A DNA stretch of 55,589 bases from an uncultured Candidatus Saccharibacteria bacterium (GCA_964511435.1 CAZEFH010000005.1:1-55589), one strand, 5' to 3'; shown: positions 44,189 to 53,050, counted from the stretch's first letter. Numbers and translations: made by a program. The notes: a model not told the origin generated them from the sequence alone.

Positions 44189-45805
44189 TTATTTCCAGAT
44201 ATTTCGGTCTATTGGCTGATTGCCTTTTTCATCAAGCGCCTTACCAGGAGTATAGTCAAACATAACTTCCCCAAGCTTACGCAGGGATTCCTTTTTATCT
44301 TTTACTTCTTCAACGTCAATATTGGGTGTTTCTTTGGTGATAGGGCCACCTGATTCAATCTCATTATCTATCGAAATGAGAGCATTTTCTATATCATCGT
44401 TGGTTGCTGTATTCAAATCACCTGATACCGTATTCACCTGTTGCGTTTCATGACTAGAACTAAAGATTTCCTCATAGCTAGGCTCGATATCAGTAGTTTC
44501 TGTACCTTCAAGAGCTTTCTCGATTGATAATAGGTCACTTAAATCTTCGGTATTTTCTGCTTCAAGCTTCACCTCCACAACCACATCCTCTACGAGACTA
44601 TTCGGTGCCGTAACTGGGACTTTCTCCTCTACTACCGCTTCCTGCACCATCTGTGTTCTTGTCGCCGATGTAACTAGCTGCTTATCCCGATATTCTGCAA
44701 TTTTCGTAAGTATTTTCGCTTTCTGTGTCGCTATGGTCGCATTCGGCAGTGTAAAGGCAGCTTCTAGTGCCTTGCCATGACCACCAAAGAGCTCTGCTAT
44801 AGTAAGCACTTCCTGACCACCGAGACCCTTCATCATTCCTACGAGCTTACCTTTTTCCTCAACAAGCACTAGCACTATGTCAGTACCAGGAGCACTAGCA
44901 AGAAGCTCATCGAGAACTCCCTTAACATTATCAGCAGTTGCTCCAGCTTCAGCAAGATCATCAGCAACAATGCTCGAGACCACCATACGGTGTTTATGAT
45001 TATATTCAATATTTGAAAGCACTTTGCCCCAGAGTTTCAATGTTGAAAGAGGACGCGTCTTGTACAGGTTTTGAATAATTTCCTGTTGGCGTGCTCCAGC
45101 TGCGAGCATCTGAGCTGAGATGGTAAGAGACTTTGGAGTTGTCCCAACATTTTTAAAGCTAGCAGTATCTGCGATGAGGCCCGTAAGCAGACAAGTCGCA
45201 ACGTCGGCGGTAAAGTTATTTGGCCCCATCGCCTCGATGATTGAAACAAGAATCTCTGCTGTTGATGTGGCGGTCATATCTACGAGATTGACGGTACCGA
45301 AGTATTCATTGCCACTATGGTGATCAATGTTTATGATTGGCACTTCGAAGAATAGTTCTGTAAACTTGTCGTAGACACTATCTATCTTCTCCACGTCCGG
45401 AGTATCAAGCACAAATATCAGGTCATAGTGATAATTACCTGCTACAATCTTGAGGTCTTTGGCTTCGAGCAGCTTTCCCTTCGGAGATATAACAATACTA
45501 ATGACACCATCGTCTTCGTTATAGCCAATTTTCTCTATATCAGTCTTTTTTTTATCAATCTGAACTATGAGGTCGCGTGCCGGTACATCTCGCTGAACTT
45601 TTTCAATTCCAGGAAGAAAGGTGAGAGGCTGGGCAATATCATCTGATAGCACAAGGCTAACTTCCTTACCCTGAGACGCAAGGACCTGTTCAAGAGCAAG
45701 CATAGAACCGAGAAGGTCGCCATCAGGACTCTTGTGACCAACTATCAGGATTCTTTGGTTGTTTTTAATCAGCTCCGCTATTTGCTGTTTTGGTGATAGC
45801 TCCAT
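44189..45805 (-). CDS. DHH family phosphoesterase (NrnA-like) with long acidic C-terminal tail
   Basis: HKSPDGD, IDHH, DTASF motifs; promoter TTGACA-N17-TATGAT at 45876-45848; start re-assigned to 45805. Confidence 0.85.
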   Translation of the reverse strand: MELSPKQQIAELIKNNQRILIVGHKSPDGDLLGSMLALEQVLASQGKEVSLVLSDDIAQPLTFLPGIEKVQRDVPARDLIVQIDKKKTDIEKIGYNEDDGVISIVISPKGKLLEAKDLKIVAGNYHYDLIFVLDTPDVEKIDSVYDKFTELFFEVPIINIDHHSGNEYFGTVNLVDMTATSTAEILVSIIEAMGPNNFTADVATCLLTGLIADTASFKNVGTTPKSLTISAQMLAAGARQQEIIQNLYKTRPLSTLKLWGKVLSNIEYNHKHRMVVSSIVADDLAEAGATADNVKGVLDELLASAPGTDIVLVLVEEKGKLVGMMKGLGGQEVLTIAELFGGHGKALEAAFTLPNATIATQKAKILTKIAEYRDKQLVTSATRTQMVQEAVVEEKVPVTAPNSLVEDVVVEVKLEAENTEDLSDLLSIEKALEGTETTDIEPSYEEIFSSSHETQQVNTVSGDLNTATNDDIENALISIDNEIESGGPITKETPNIDVEEVKDKKESLRKLGEVMFDYTPGKALDEKGNQPIDRNIWK

Positions 45806-45908
45806 AAGCTTCCTTTTACACCCACCCAAGAATTAATGTGACTTGCTATCATACACCCGGAGACCCGTCATGTCAAGCACAAAAATACCATAATTGTGCT
45901 CCTGTTTT

Positions 45909-46047
45909 GAAAAATCGCTCGGTGCTAACAAGAACCCGACTATCATCCTCTAACTAGAAATTACTGAGAAGCAGAATTTCGTACCGAGATGAAGGAGTTC
46001 GATTTTTCTTGAACTTTTGGATACTTTTATTTCAAGAGAAAAGTATC
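45909..46047. repeat. Structured intergenic element, copy B
   Basis: Homologous to 2650-2780 with covarying stems. Confidence 0.85.
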
Positions 46048-46125
46048 AGTAATTTGCCCCACTTCAGTGAGGCAGAACAGAATCCCGCCTTCGCAGAGAT
46101 GGCAAAAGAGGCTATAATAATAGCC

Positions 46126-47094
46126 ATGGACAAAACTATCGCAACACTTACAGACCCCAGCAACAATCTATTTCAATCTCAAGTTTGGGAAGACTATCAA
46201 GAAGCTCTTGGGCACAAGGTGTTTCGTGTCAGTTGCGATGATAGCAGTGCTCTATTAATCAAGCTACCACTCTACAAAGACAAAAGCTTTCTCTATTGTC
46301 CCAGAGGACCGATGTGCAAAAAGCAAGGTTGGCACGTTCTCTTACGGAAAGCAAAGCAAATTGCAGCGGCAGAAAACTGCGTGTTTTTGCGAGTGGAACC
46401 CTATCAGCTCCCGGCCGAAACCATGAGGGAACTAAAGTTTCGACGCGTTACTGCCACTTCTCCACTGTCACGTCAGTATTCTCCCATGGATACTCAGGTT
46501 CTTGATATAACAAAACGGGATGATGACCTGTTAGCGGAAATGAAACCAAAGTGGCGCTACAACATCAAGCTTGCATACCGTAAAGGCGTCACTGTCAGAG
46601 AAAGCACCTCTCTGGCTGACCTCAAAGTATTCCACCAGCTTTCTCTTGGAATGAAAGACCGGGGCTACACCCCATTTGACCTTCCTCACTACGAACGCTT
46701 ACTCTATGGGCTAACAGCTGGCAAACACGTAAAGATGTTTATCGCGGAATACCAAAAGAAGCCACTTTCCATCTTACTCATTACATACTACGGCAAAACA
46801 GCCACTTACCTCCATGGCGCCTCTAGCGACGAGCATCGTGAACTGATGCCAAACCATTTGGCACAGTGGGAATCGATCCTTGCTGCCCAGCGTCTTGGCT
46901 GTGAAGTGTATGATTTTTGGGGCGTCGCTCCAGAGGGAGATGAGAAGCATAGTTGGTCTGGTATTACCCGATTTAAAAAGGGTTTTGGAGGACGAACAGT
47001 TCACTTTGTCGGTGCTTATGATGCAATTTTTGATAAAAAGTGGTACAATGCCTTCCATCTAATTAATTTTGTGCGTAAAACAATAAAGAAATGA
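46126..47094 (+). CDS. FemABX/MurM family lipid II aminoacyl transferase (start re-assigned to ATG 46126)
   Basis: LFQSQVW, YCPRGP, MKPKWRYNI, YLHGAS, YDFWG, FKKGFGG. Confidence 0.92.
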   Translation: MDKTIATLTDPSNNLFQSQVWEDYQEALGHKVFRVSCDDSSALLIKLPLYKDKSFLYCPRGPMCKKQGWHVLLRKAKQIAAAENCVFLRVEPYQLPAETMRELKFRRVTATSPLSRQYSPMDTQVLDITKRDDDLLAEMKPKWRYNIKLAYRKGVTVRESTSLADLKVFHQLSLGMKDRGYTPFDLPHYERLLYGLTAGKHVKMFIAEYQKKPLSILLITYYGKTATYLHGASSDEHRELMPNHLAQWESILAAQRLGCEVYDFWGVAPEGDEKHSWSGITRFKKGFGGRTVHFVGAYDAIFDKKWYNAFHLINFVRKTIKK

Positions 47095-48416
47095 AACTAG
47101 AGTCAATTCTAAATACTGGTCGAAAAATAGTTCCAAAACCAATCTTTAAGTTCTTCCAGCCTTTCTATCATCTTGTACTGGCGGTTACGGGCAACATTCG
47201 CTATGGATTCCCTGGAAAAAAATTAATTGTTATCGGAATTACTGGCACAAATGGGAAATCCACTACTACAGAGCTAGTTAACTCAATCCTGAAAGAAACT
47301 GGGCTTAAAACAGCCATGCTATCTACGGTTGCTTTTGAGATTGCTGGCAAACGTGAGGACAATACTACCAGTCGAACTACTCTCGGACGTTGGCAACTTC
47401 AACACAAGTTGCGCGAAGCTGTTGATGCTGGGTGCAGTCACGCCGTTATTGAAGTCGCAAGCGAGGGACTTGTAATGCATCGACTCTGGGGCATCCCATT
47501 CGACATTGCAGTTTTTACAAATCTTTCTCCTGAACATTTAAACACTCACGGCAATATGGAAGCCTATCGGGAAGCAAAAGGCATGCTCTTCAAGGGATTA
47601 AGTAAATCAATGAGGAAAGGTCAACCCAAGACTCTTATTATTAACGCAGACGATAAAGCGGCGAAGTACTTCTATCATTTTGACGCCGACAAGAAAATCA
47701 CCTATGGAATTACCCATGGTGAGATCTGGGCTACAAACATGGTATTCGGCGAGCAAACAGAGTTTACACTTGTCGACGACAACGAGAAATACCTTGTAAC
47801 GACTAATCTTCCAGCAAAGTTTAACGTTTATAATCTTCTCGCAGCTTACACCGTCGGAAAGGCCCTGTCCCTTGAGCCAAAATTAGTTATTCGCGCCCTC
47901 GAAAAAGTGAAGGGCATAAAAGGTCGCATGGAAGAAGTAAAAAATGAGCGAAATATCAGAATTATCATCGACTATGCGATGACGCCGGACGCCTACGAAA
48001 TGCTCTTTACGGAGCTACGTCGCACTGGCAAAGGTCGCCTTATCGCTGTATTCGGTGCTGCTGGTGATCGTGACAAGGAAAAGCGCCCCCTGATAGGCGA
48101 AATCGCTGGACGCATGACGAACTACACCATTCTCACTGACGACGAAAGCTATAGCGAGAATCCCGCCGTAATTGTTGACAGTATCGCAGAGGGACTCGAA
48201 AAAGTAAGGAAATCAAACTACGAGATTATTCTTGATCGCCGTGAAGCACTCAAGCGCGCTATAGCAGTCGCGGAAAGTGGTGATACCGTCGTTGCTATTG
48301 GTATGGGCCACGAAAAATATCGCAACCTTGGTGGCAATAGGAAGATAGAATGGGACGAAGCAAGTATAATTCGTGATATTCTCGTTGAACTTGGGGAAAC
48401 TAATACTAAGCAATGA
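47091..48416 (+). CDS. murE: UDP-MurNAc-tripeptide synthetase
   Basis: GITGTNGKSTT, IEVASEG, TNLSPEHL, GRME, IIDYA, FGAAGDRD. Confidence 0.9.
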   Translation: MKLESILNTGRKIVPKPIFKFFQPFYHLVLAVTGNIRYGFPGKKLIVIGITGTNGKSTTTELVNSILKETGLKTAMLSTVAFEIAGKREDNTTSRTTLGRWQLQHKLREAVDAGCSHAVIEVASEGLVMHRLWGIPFDIAVFTNLSPEHLNTHGNMEAYREAKGMLFKGLSKSMRKGQPKTLIINADDKAAKYFYHFDADKKITYGITHGEIWATNMVFGEQTEFTLVDDNEKYLVTTNLPAKFNVYNLLAAYTVGKALSLEPKLVIRALEKVKGIKGRMEEVKNERNIRIIIDYAMTPDAYEMLFTELRRTGKGRLIAVFGAAGDRDKEKRPLIGEIAGRMTNYTILTDDESYSENPAVIVDSIAEGLEKVRKSNYEIILDRREALKRAIAVAESGDTVVAIGMGHEKYRNLGGNRKIEWDEASIIRDILVELGETNTKQ

Positions 48417-49480
48417 TTATTCTCGCCATAGAAACTAGCTGTGATGACACCTCTGTAGCCGTCGTACGAGACGGCTCCTATATTCTTAGTTCTGTTGTAG
48501 CTACCCAGCTTGAGCACAGCCAATATGGTGGAGTAGTTCCAGAAGTCGCTGCTAGAGCGCATATTCAAAATATTGTCCCCGTACTTGACCAAGCCCTTGC
48601 TGAAGCTGAGGTTACTTGGGATGATATTGATGCGATCGCCACCACAAAGGGGCCTGGTCTTATCGGTTCGCTTATCGTCGGTGTAAACACTGCTCGTATG
48701 CTAGCAATCCTTCATAAAAAACCCTTAATTGCTGTTCATCATACAGAGGGTCACATATATGCAAATTGGCTTAGCCGTGATGCTAGTGAACAGCCTCGTT
48801 TCCCCTTAGTATGCCTTACCGTTTCTGGTGGCCACACCAACATTATCTACATGAAAGGCCACCTTGATTACGAAATTATCGGAGAAACTCAAGACGACGC
48901 TGCAGGTGAAGCTTATGACAAAGTAGCCAAGATACTTGGATTTGGTTATCCTGGAGGGCCAATTATTGCTGAACTTGCAAGGAGTGGTAATGCAGGTGCC
49001 TATACTTTCCCTCAAACCGACCTGACGGCCGCTCCTTCTAGGAATGAGGAAGGTTTTTTAGAACAAGCAACCCCAAGTCTCAATTTTTCATATTCGGGAC
49101 TTAAAAGCGCAGTTCTTAGAAAAGTCAAAGAACTTAGGGCTGACCACGAATTATCTGAGCAAGAAATATCTGACTTGGCTGGCTCTTTTCAGTTTACTGC
49201 AAATGAAATCCTCGCACGCAATCTGGAACGTGCTGTCACTAAATATAAGCCGAAGTCGATACTACTTTCAGGTGGTGTTGCGGCCAATCATGCTCTGAAG
49301 CAGCAAATCGCTTCTTGGCTCCAGAACCACGGCATCAAGTTTTTTTATCCAGAGCCAAAATGCTGCACAGATAATGCAGCCATGATTGCGGCAGCGGCCT
49401 ATTATCATGCACTTAAAAATGATCTTACAAAGCCTGAAAGCTTAATCCCAGACCCCAATCATAAGTTGACCAGCCAATAG
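48413..49480 (+). CDS. tsaD: tRNA N6-threonylcarbamoyladenosine synthesis protein TsaD
   Basis: AIETSCDDT, GGVVPEVAAR, HHTEGH, SGGHT, DDAAGEAYDK, TDNAAMI. Confidence 0.97.
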   Translation: MIILAIETSCDDTSVAVVRDGSYILSSVVATQLEHSQYGGVVPEVAARAHIQNIVPVLDQALAEAEVTWDDIDAIATTKGPGLIGSLIVGVNTARMLAILHKKPLIAVHHTEGHIYANWLSRDASEQPRFPLVCLTVSGGHTNIIYMKGHLDYEIIGETQDDAAGEAYDKVAKILGFGYPGGPIIAELARSGNAGAYTFPQTDLTAAPSRNEEGFLEQATPSLNFSYSGLKSAVLRKVKELRADHELSEQEISDLAGSFQFTANEILARNLERAVTKYKPKSILLSGGVAANHALKQQIASWLQNHGIKFFYPEPKCCTDNAAMIAAAAYYHALKNDLTKPESLIPDPNHKLTSQ

Positions 49481-49500
49481 TTATATTATATAATTTGACT

Positions 49501-49662
49501 ATAAACGCTTGAGTCGGCTAGTCACCGGCGAGTTTCTAGGAAGAAAGCTTCGGCAAGTAGAACCTAGCGGTATGGCTCTGTAAAGCCAAGAAAACAAGTG
49601 CCCTAGTGGAAGTGGGATGGTACCTCCGGCAGCTGCTGGATCCCACAGAAGCGGGTTTTTTT
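49501..49662 (+). promoter_or_regulatory. T-box riboswitch (Val, GUC specifier), ultrashort Stem I type
   Basis: Antiterminator TGGGA-TGGTACC-TCCGG/CTGGA-TCCCA; Stem II with GAA/AGTA S-turn; IIA/B-like GGCT..AGCC; upstream of valS; 7-T run. Confidence 0.85.
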
Positions 49663-49684
49663 ATTTATCAAATAGGAGTATGCC

Positions 49685-51817
49685 ATGGAGATGTCTAAGA
49701 ATTTCAAACCAAAAGAAATGGAACCATCGATTTATAAAAGCTGGGAAGAGGGTGGCTACTTTAAGCCAATCGCTCGCTATGGCTCTACCAAGCCTTTTGT
49801 GGTTACGATTCCGCCACCAAATGTTACTGGCGTTCTTCATATGGGGCATGCTTTAAACAATACGATTCAGGACGTCTTGGTCCGCTGGAACCGCATGCAA
49901 GGGAATGAAACTCTGTGGGTCCCAGGGACTGATCATGCTGGTATCGCCACACAGAATAAAGTCGAACAAAAGCTTGCTGCTAAAGGCAAAACTCGTTTTG
50001 ACCTTGGACGTGAAAACTTTGTCAAAGAAACATGGAAGTGGAAAGAGGAGTACGAAACTCGCATCCTTGGCCAGCTGAAGACTATGGGCTGCTCCTGTGA
50101 CTGGGACCACACCCGCTTTACCATGGACGCTGACTACTCAGAAGCCGTTCTCGAGGCCTTCGTTCACTATTACGAAAAGGGCTATCTATATCGAGGAAAC
50201 CGTATTACCAACTGGTGTCCACGCTGTGGCACTTCTCTCTCTGATCTTGAAGTTGAGCACGAGGAGCGTAATGATAATCTGTGGCATATTCGATATGGAG
50301 TCGAGGGCGGTGGTGAAATTACTGTTGCTACTACTCGCCCTGAGACTATGCTCGGCGACACCGCTATAGCCGTAAATCCTAGTGACAAGCGCTATAAAGA
50401 CCTCGTAGGCAAAAGAGCTATATTGCCTATCCTAGGGCGCAAAATACCTATAGTCGCTGATGATTATGTCGACGCCAAGTTCGGTACGGGTGCCGTAAAA
50501 GTTACTCCTGCGCACGATCCTAACGACTTTGAAATCGGCGAGCGACACAAGCTGGAAAAAATTGTGGTCATTGACCTTGAGGGTAAAATGTCCACTGAAG
50601 CAGGCGAACAATTTGTCGGGATAGACAGATATGAGGCACGCGAAGCCATAATCCGTTTGCTCGAAGAAGGTAAATGGCTAGTTAAAACCGAACCACACAC
50701 TCATGCTGTAGGTCATTGTTACCGCTGTCATACTGTAATTGAACCCCTGTTGACTCTCCAGTGGTTTGTGAAGATGGGTGAAATCGTGAAGCCGGCAACA
50801 GAAGTTGTTCGCTCAGGGAAAGTAAAATTTCACCCAGCAAAGTGGTCTAAGGTTTATCTTGACTGGATGGATAATATCCGTGACTGGTGTGTATCTCGTC
50901 AGATCTGGTGGGGACACCAGATACCGGCCTGGTATTGTGAGTGCGGTGAGATTATTGTCACCAAAGAAGAGCCAAAGAAATGCTCTGAATGTGGCTCTAC
51001 CAAGCTAAAAAGAGATGATGATGTTCTCGACACTTGGTTTTCTAGTGCGCTTTGGCCATTTGCCACTTTAGGTTGGCCTGACCAGTCAAACGACCTTCAA
51101 AACTATTATCCAACTTCGTTTCTGTCGACCGCTAGAGACATTATTTACCTTTGGGTAGCCAGAATGATCTTCTCTGGGCTTGAGTTTACTGGGAAGATTC
51201 CATTTGACGACGTCTACATTCATGCAACGGTTTTCAATTCGGAAGGCAAAAGGATGTCCAAGTCTCTTGGGACTGGTGTTGATCCACTTGAACTAATTGA
51301 AAAATATGGGACTGATGCAACCCGTTTCGGCTTGCTTTGGCAGGTTGCACAGGGACAAGACATGAAATTCTCTGAAGATGCACTCTTGATGTCCCAGCGG
51401 TTTGTCAATAAGATCTGGAATGCATCGAAGTTTACTCTCATGAACTTAAAGGACTACAAAATTGTTTCACGTGAAACAATAGAAAAGCAACTGACTACAG
51501 AGGACAAGCAAGTGCTAAGGAAACTTGACGGCTTAGTTAAAGAAACTAATCGTTACCTTGAAAAATACGATTTCCAACATGCAGTAGAGAATATATACGA
51601 CTTTTTCTGGCATGAGTTCTGTGATAGGTGCATCGAAGACACCAAAAAACGTATTTACGAGGAGCAAGAAAGTAAAATTGCCGCCCAATATACTCTTCAC
51701 ACTGTGCTTACAACGTCATTAAAGCTACTTCACCCATTTATGCCATTTGTTACTGAGGAGATTTGGGCTTCCCTAGATCAAAAAGATCCACTGGTTATTA
51801 CTCAGTGGCCCAAATAG
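49685..51817 (+). CDS. valS: Valine--tRNA ligase (710 aa, lacks C-terminal coiled-coil arm)
   Basis: PPPNVTGVLHMGHA, ATTRPETMLGD, DWCVSRQIWWGH, RMSKS. Confidence 0.97.
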   Translation: MEMSKNFKPKEMEPSIYKSWEEGGYFKPIARYGSTKPFVVTIPPPNVTGVLHMGHALNNTIQDVLVRWNRMQGNETLWVPGTDHAGIATQNKVEQKLAAKGKTRFDLGRENFVKETWKWKEEYETRILGQLKTMGCSCDWDHTRFTMDADYSEAVLEAFVHYYEKGYLYRGNRITNWCPRCGTSLSDLEVEHEERNDNLWHIRYGVEGGGEITVATTRPETMLGDTAIAVNPSDKRYKDLVGKRAILPILGRKIPIVADDYVDAKFGTGAVKVTPAHDPNDFEIGERHKLEKIVVIDLEGKMSTEAGEQFVGIDRYEAREAIIRLLEEGKWLVKTEPHTHAVGHCYRCHTVIEPLLTLQWFVKMGEIVKPATEVVRSGKVKFHPAKWSKVYLDWMDNIRDWCVSRQIWWGHQIPAWYCECGEIIVTKEEPKKCSECGSTKLKRDDDVLDTWFSSALWPFATLGWPDQSNDLQNYYPTSFLSTARDIIYLWVARMIFSGLEFTGKIPFDDVYIHATVFNSEGKRMSKSLGTGVDPLELIEKYGTDATRFGLLWQVAQGQDMKFSEDALLMSQRFVNKIWNASKFTLMNLKDYKIVSRETIEKQLTTEDKQVLRKLDGLVKETNRYLEKYDFQHAVENIYDFFWHEFCDRCIEDTKKRIYEEQESKIAAQYTLHTVLTTSLKLLHPFMPFVTEEIWASLDQKDPLVITQWPK
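51463..51478. other. parS centromere-like site within valS
   Basis: Perfect TGTTTCACGTGAAACA. Confidence 0.85.
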
Positions 51818-51842
51818 TTAATGTTTCACCCGACTATATAAT

Positions 51843-51858
51843 TGTTTCACGTGAAACA
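51843..51858. other. parS centromere-like site, intergenic
   Basis: Perfect TGTTTCACGTGAAACA; half-site TGTTTCAC about 20 nt upstream. Confidence 0.9.
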
Positions 51859-51890
51859 ATAGCTAGAGAATTATTACTTTTCTAGAACTC

Positions 51891-52763
51891 CTACCAGCTC
51901 AATCGCTGTAGGAGTTCTTTATATTCCTTTGCTCGATCAGACTTGTCCAATTTTTCTTCAACTACCACGAGCTGTTGATAAATCTGTGGATAATGTGGGT
52001 TGATCAGAAGTGCCTCGAGTAGAATGGTTTCGGAGTCCTCATATTGACTAGCCTGAATTTGCTCTTTTGCAAGCACTAAAAGACCATTAACGTTCAGGGC
52101 TTTGTTTTTATGGGCGTCTTCCAGAAGCCTGGTCGCTGCATGTGGAAAACCATCATTTTTCAGGGCATTATACCTAGCAATGTAGTTGTTATCGCTACTT
52201 ATTTCTGTGCAGAAAACCAGGTAATTCCTACCTACGCCTTGGCACCCAATTAGATCCGGTCTTAACACATACCAAAGCTTATCAAGAACTTGATTATTTG
52301 ATTTTTTTGCCACTTGAGTGGCTAGATCCAATTTACCCTGTTTTAAAAGAGTAGATATATAGACAAGACGTATATCTTCGTCATATTGATAGTATTTTTC
52401 GGCATATTTTAGTGCATTATTGTAGTCTAAAATGTTGTAATATGCCTTTGCTAAGCCTTTTTCGGCGTTTTCTTCTTGCACTTGCTTAAAGTAATATATC
52501 GAGTTCTTATAATCTCCATATTCTAAAAATGCATTCCCCAAACTATTCTTGATACTAGATGTAGAGTAAAGTAAATTTGCGACTTCCAGGTCACGGATAC
52601 GTAGCCTCAGATTTTTTTCACTATTAGCTTTCTGTAGGTATTCTATCGATTTATCTTTAGCGAATTGATTTAGACATATGACACTGAAAGAAATCAAAAT
52701 AATCCCCACTACAGTTCCTACTACTATCCTGTTTTCATTTTTATAGTCGGCCCATATGCTCAT
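51891..52763 (-). CDS. Membrane-anchored tetratricopeptide-repeat protein
   Basis: TM segment then LG.AF...GDY..SI.YF and LLINP.YPQIY TPR-like repeats. Confidence 0.75.
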   Translation of the reverse strand: MSIWADYKNENRIVVGTVVGIILISFSVICLNQFAKDKSIEYLQKANSEKNLRLRIRDLEVANLLYSTSSIKNSLGNAFLEYGDYKNSIYYFKQVQEENAEKGLAKAYYNILDYNNALKYAEKYYQYDEDIRLVYISTLLKQGKLDLATQVAKKSNNQVLDKLWYVLRPDLIGCQGVGRNYLVFCTEISSDNNYIARYNALKNDGFPHAATRLLEDAHKNKALNVNGLLVLAKEQIQASQYEDSETILLEALLINPHYPQIYQQLVVVEEKLDKSDRAKEYKELLQRLSW

Positions 52764-52864
52764 GAGGTAATTATAGTTGAATCTAACAAAGAGTCCATAA
52801 AGCCTTGTTATTTAGCCTCTTTTCAGCTATAATTTAGCGGCAATTTACAACCGAATTGCAATAC

Positions 52865-52957
52865 GGAGAGATACCCAAGAGGCTGAAGGGGCGGGTTTGC
52901 TAAACCTGTAGGTCGGGGTAACCTGGCGCGAGGGTTCGAATCCCTCTCTCTCCGCCA
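52865..52957 (+). tRNA. tRNA-Ser (GCT)
   Basis: Anticodon arm CGGGT-TTGCTAA-ACCTG, long variable arm, CCA. Confidence 0.96.
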
Positions 52958-52960
52958 TAA

Positions 52961-53050
52961 GGAAGGGTGCGAGAGTGGTTGAATCGAACGGTCTTGAAAA
53001 CCGTCGTACCGGAAACGGTACCGTGGGTTCGAATCCCACCCCTTCCGCCA
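52961..53050 (+). tRNA. tRNA-Ser (TGA)
   Basis: Anticodon arm ACGGT-CTTGAAA-ACCGT, long variable arm, CCA. Confidence 0.97.
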
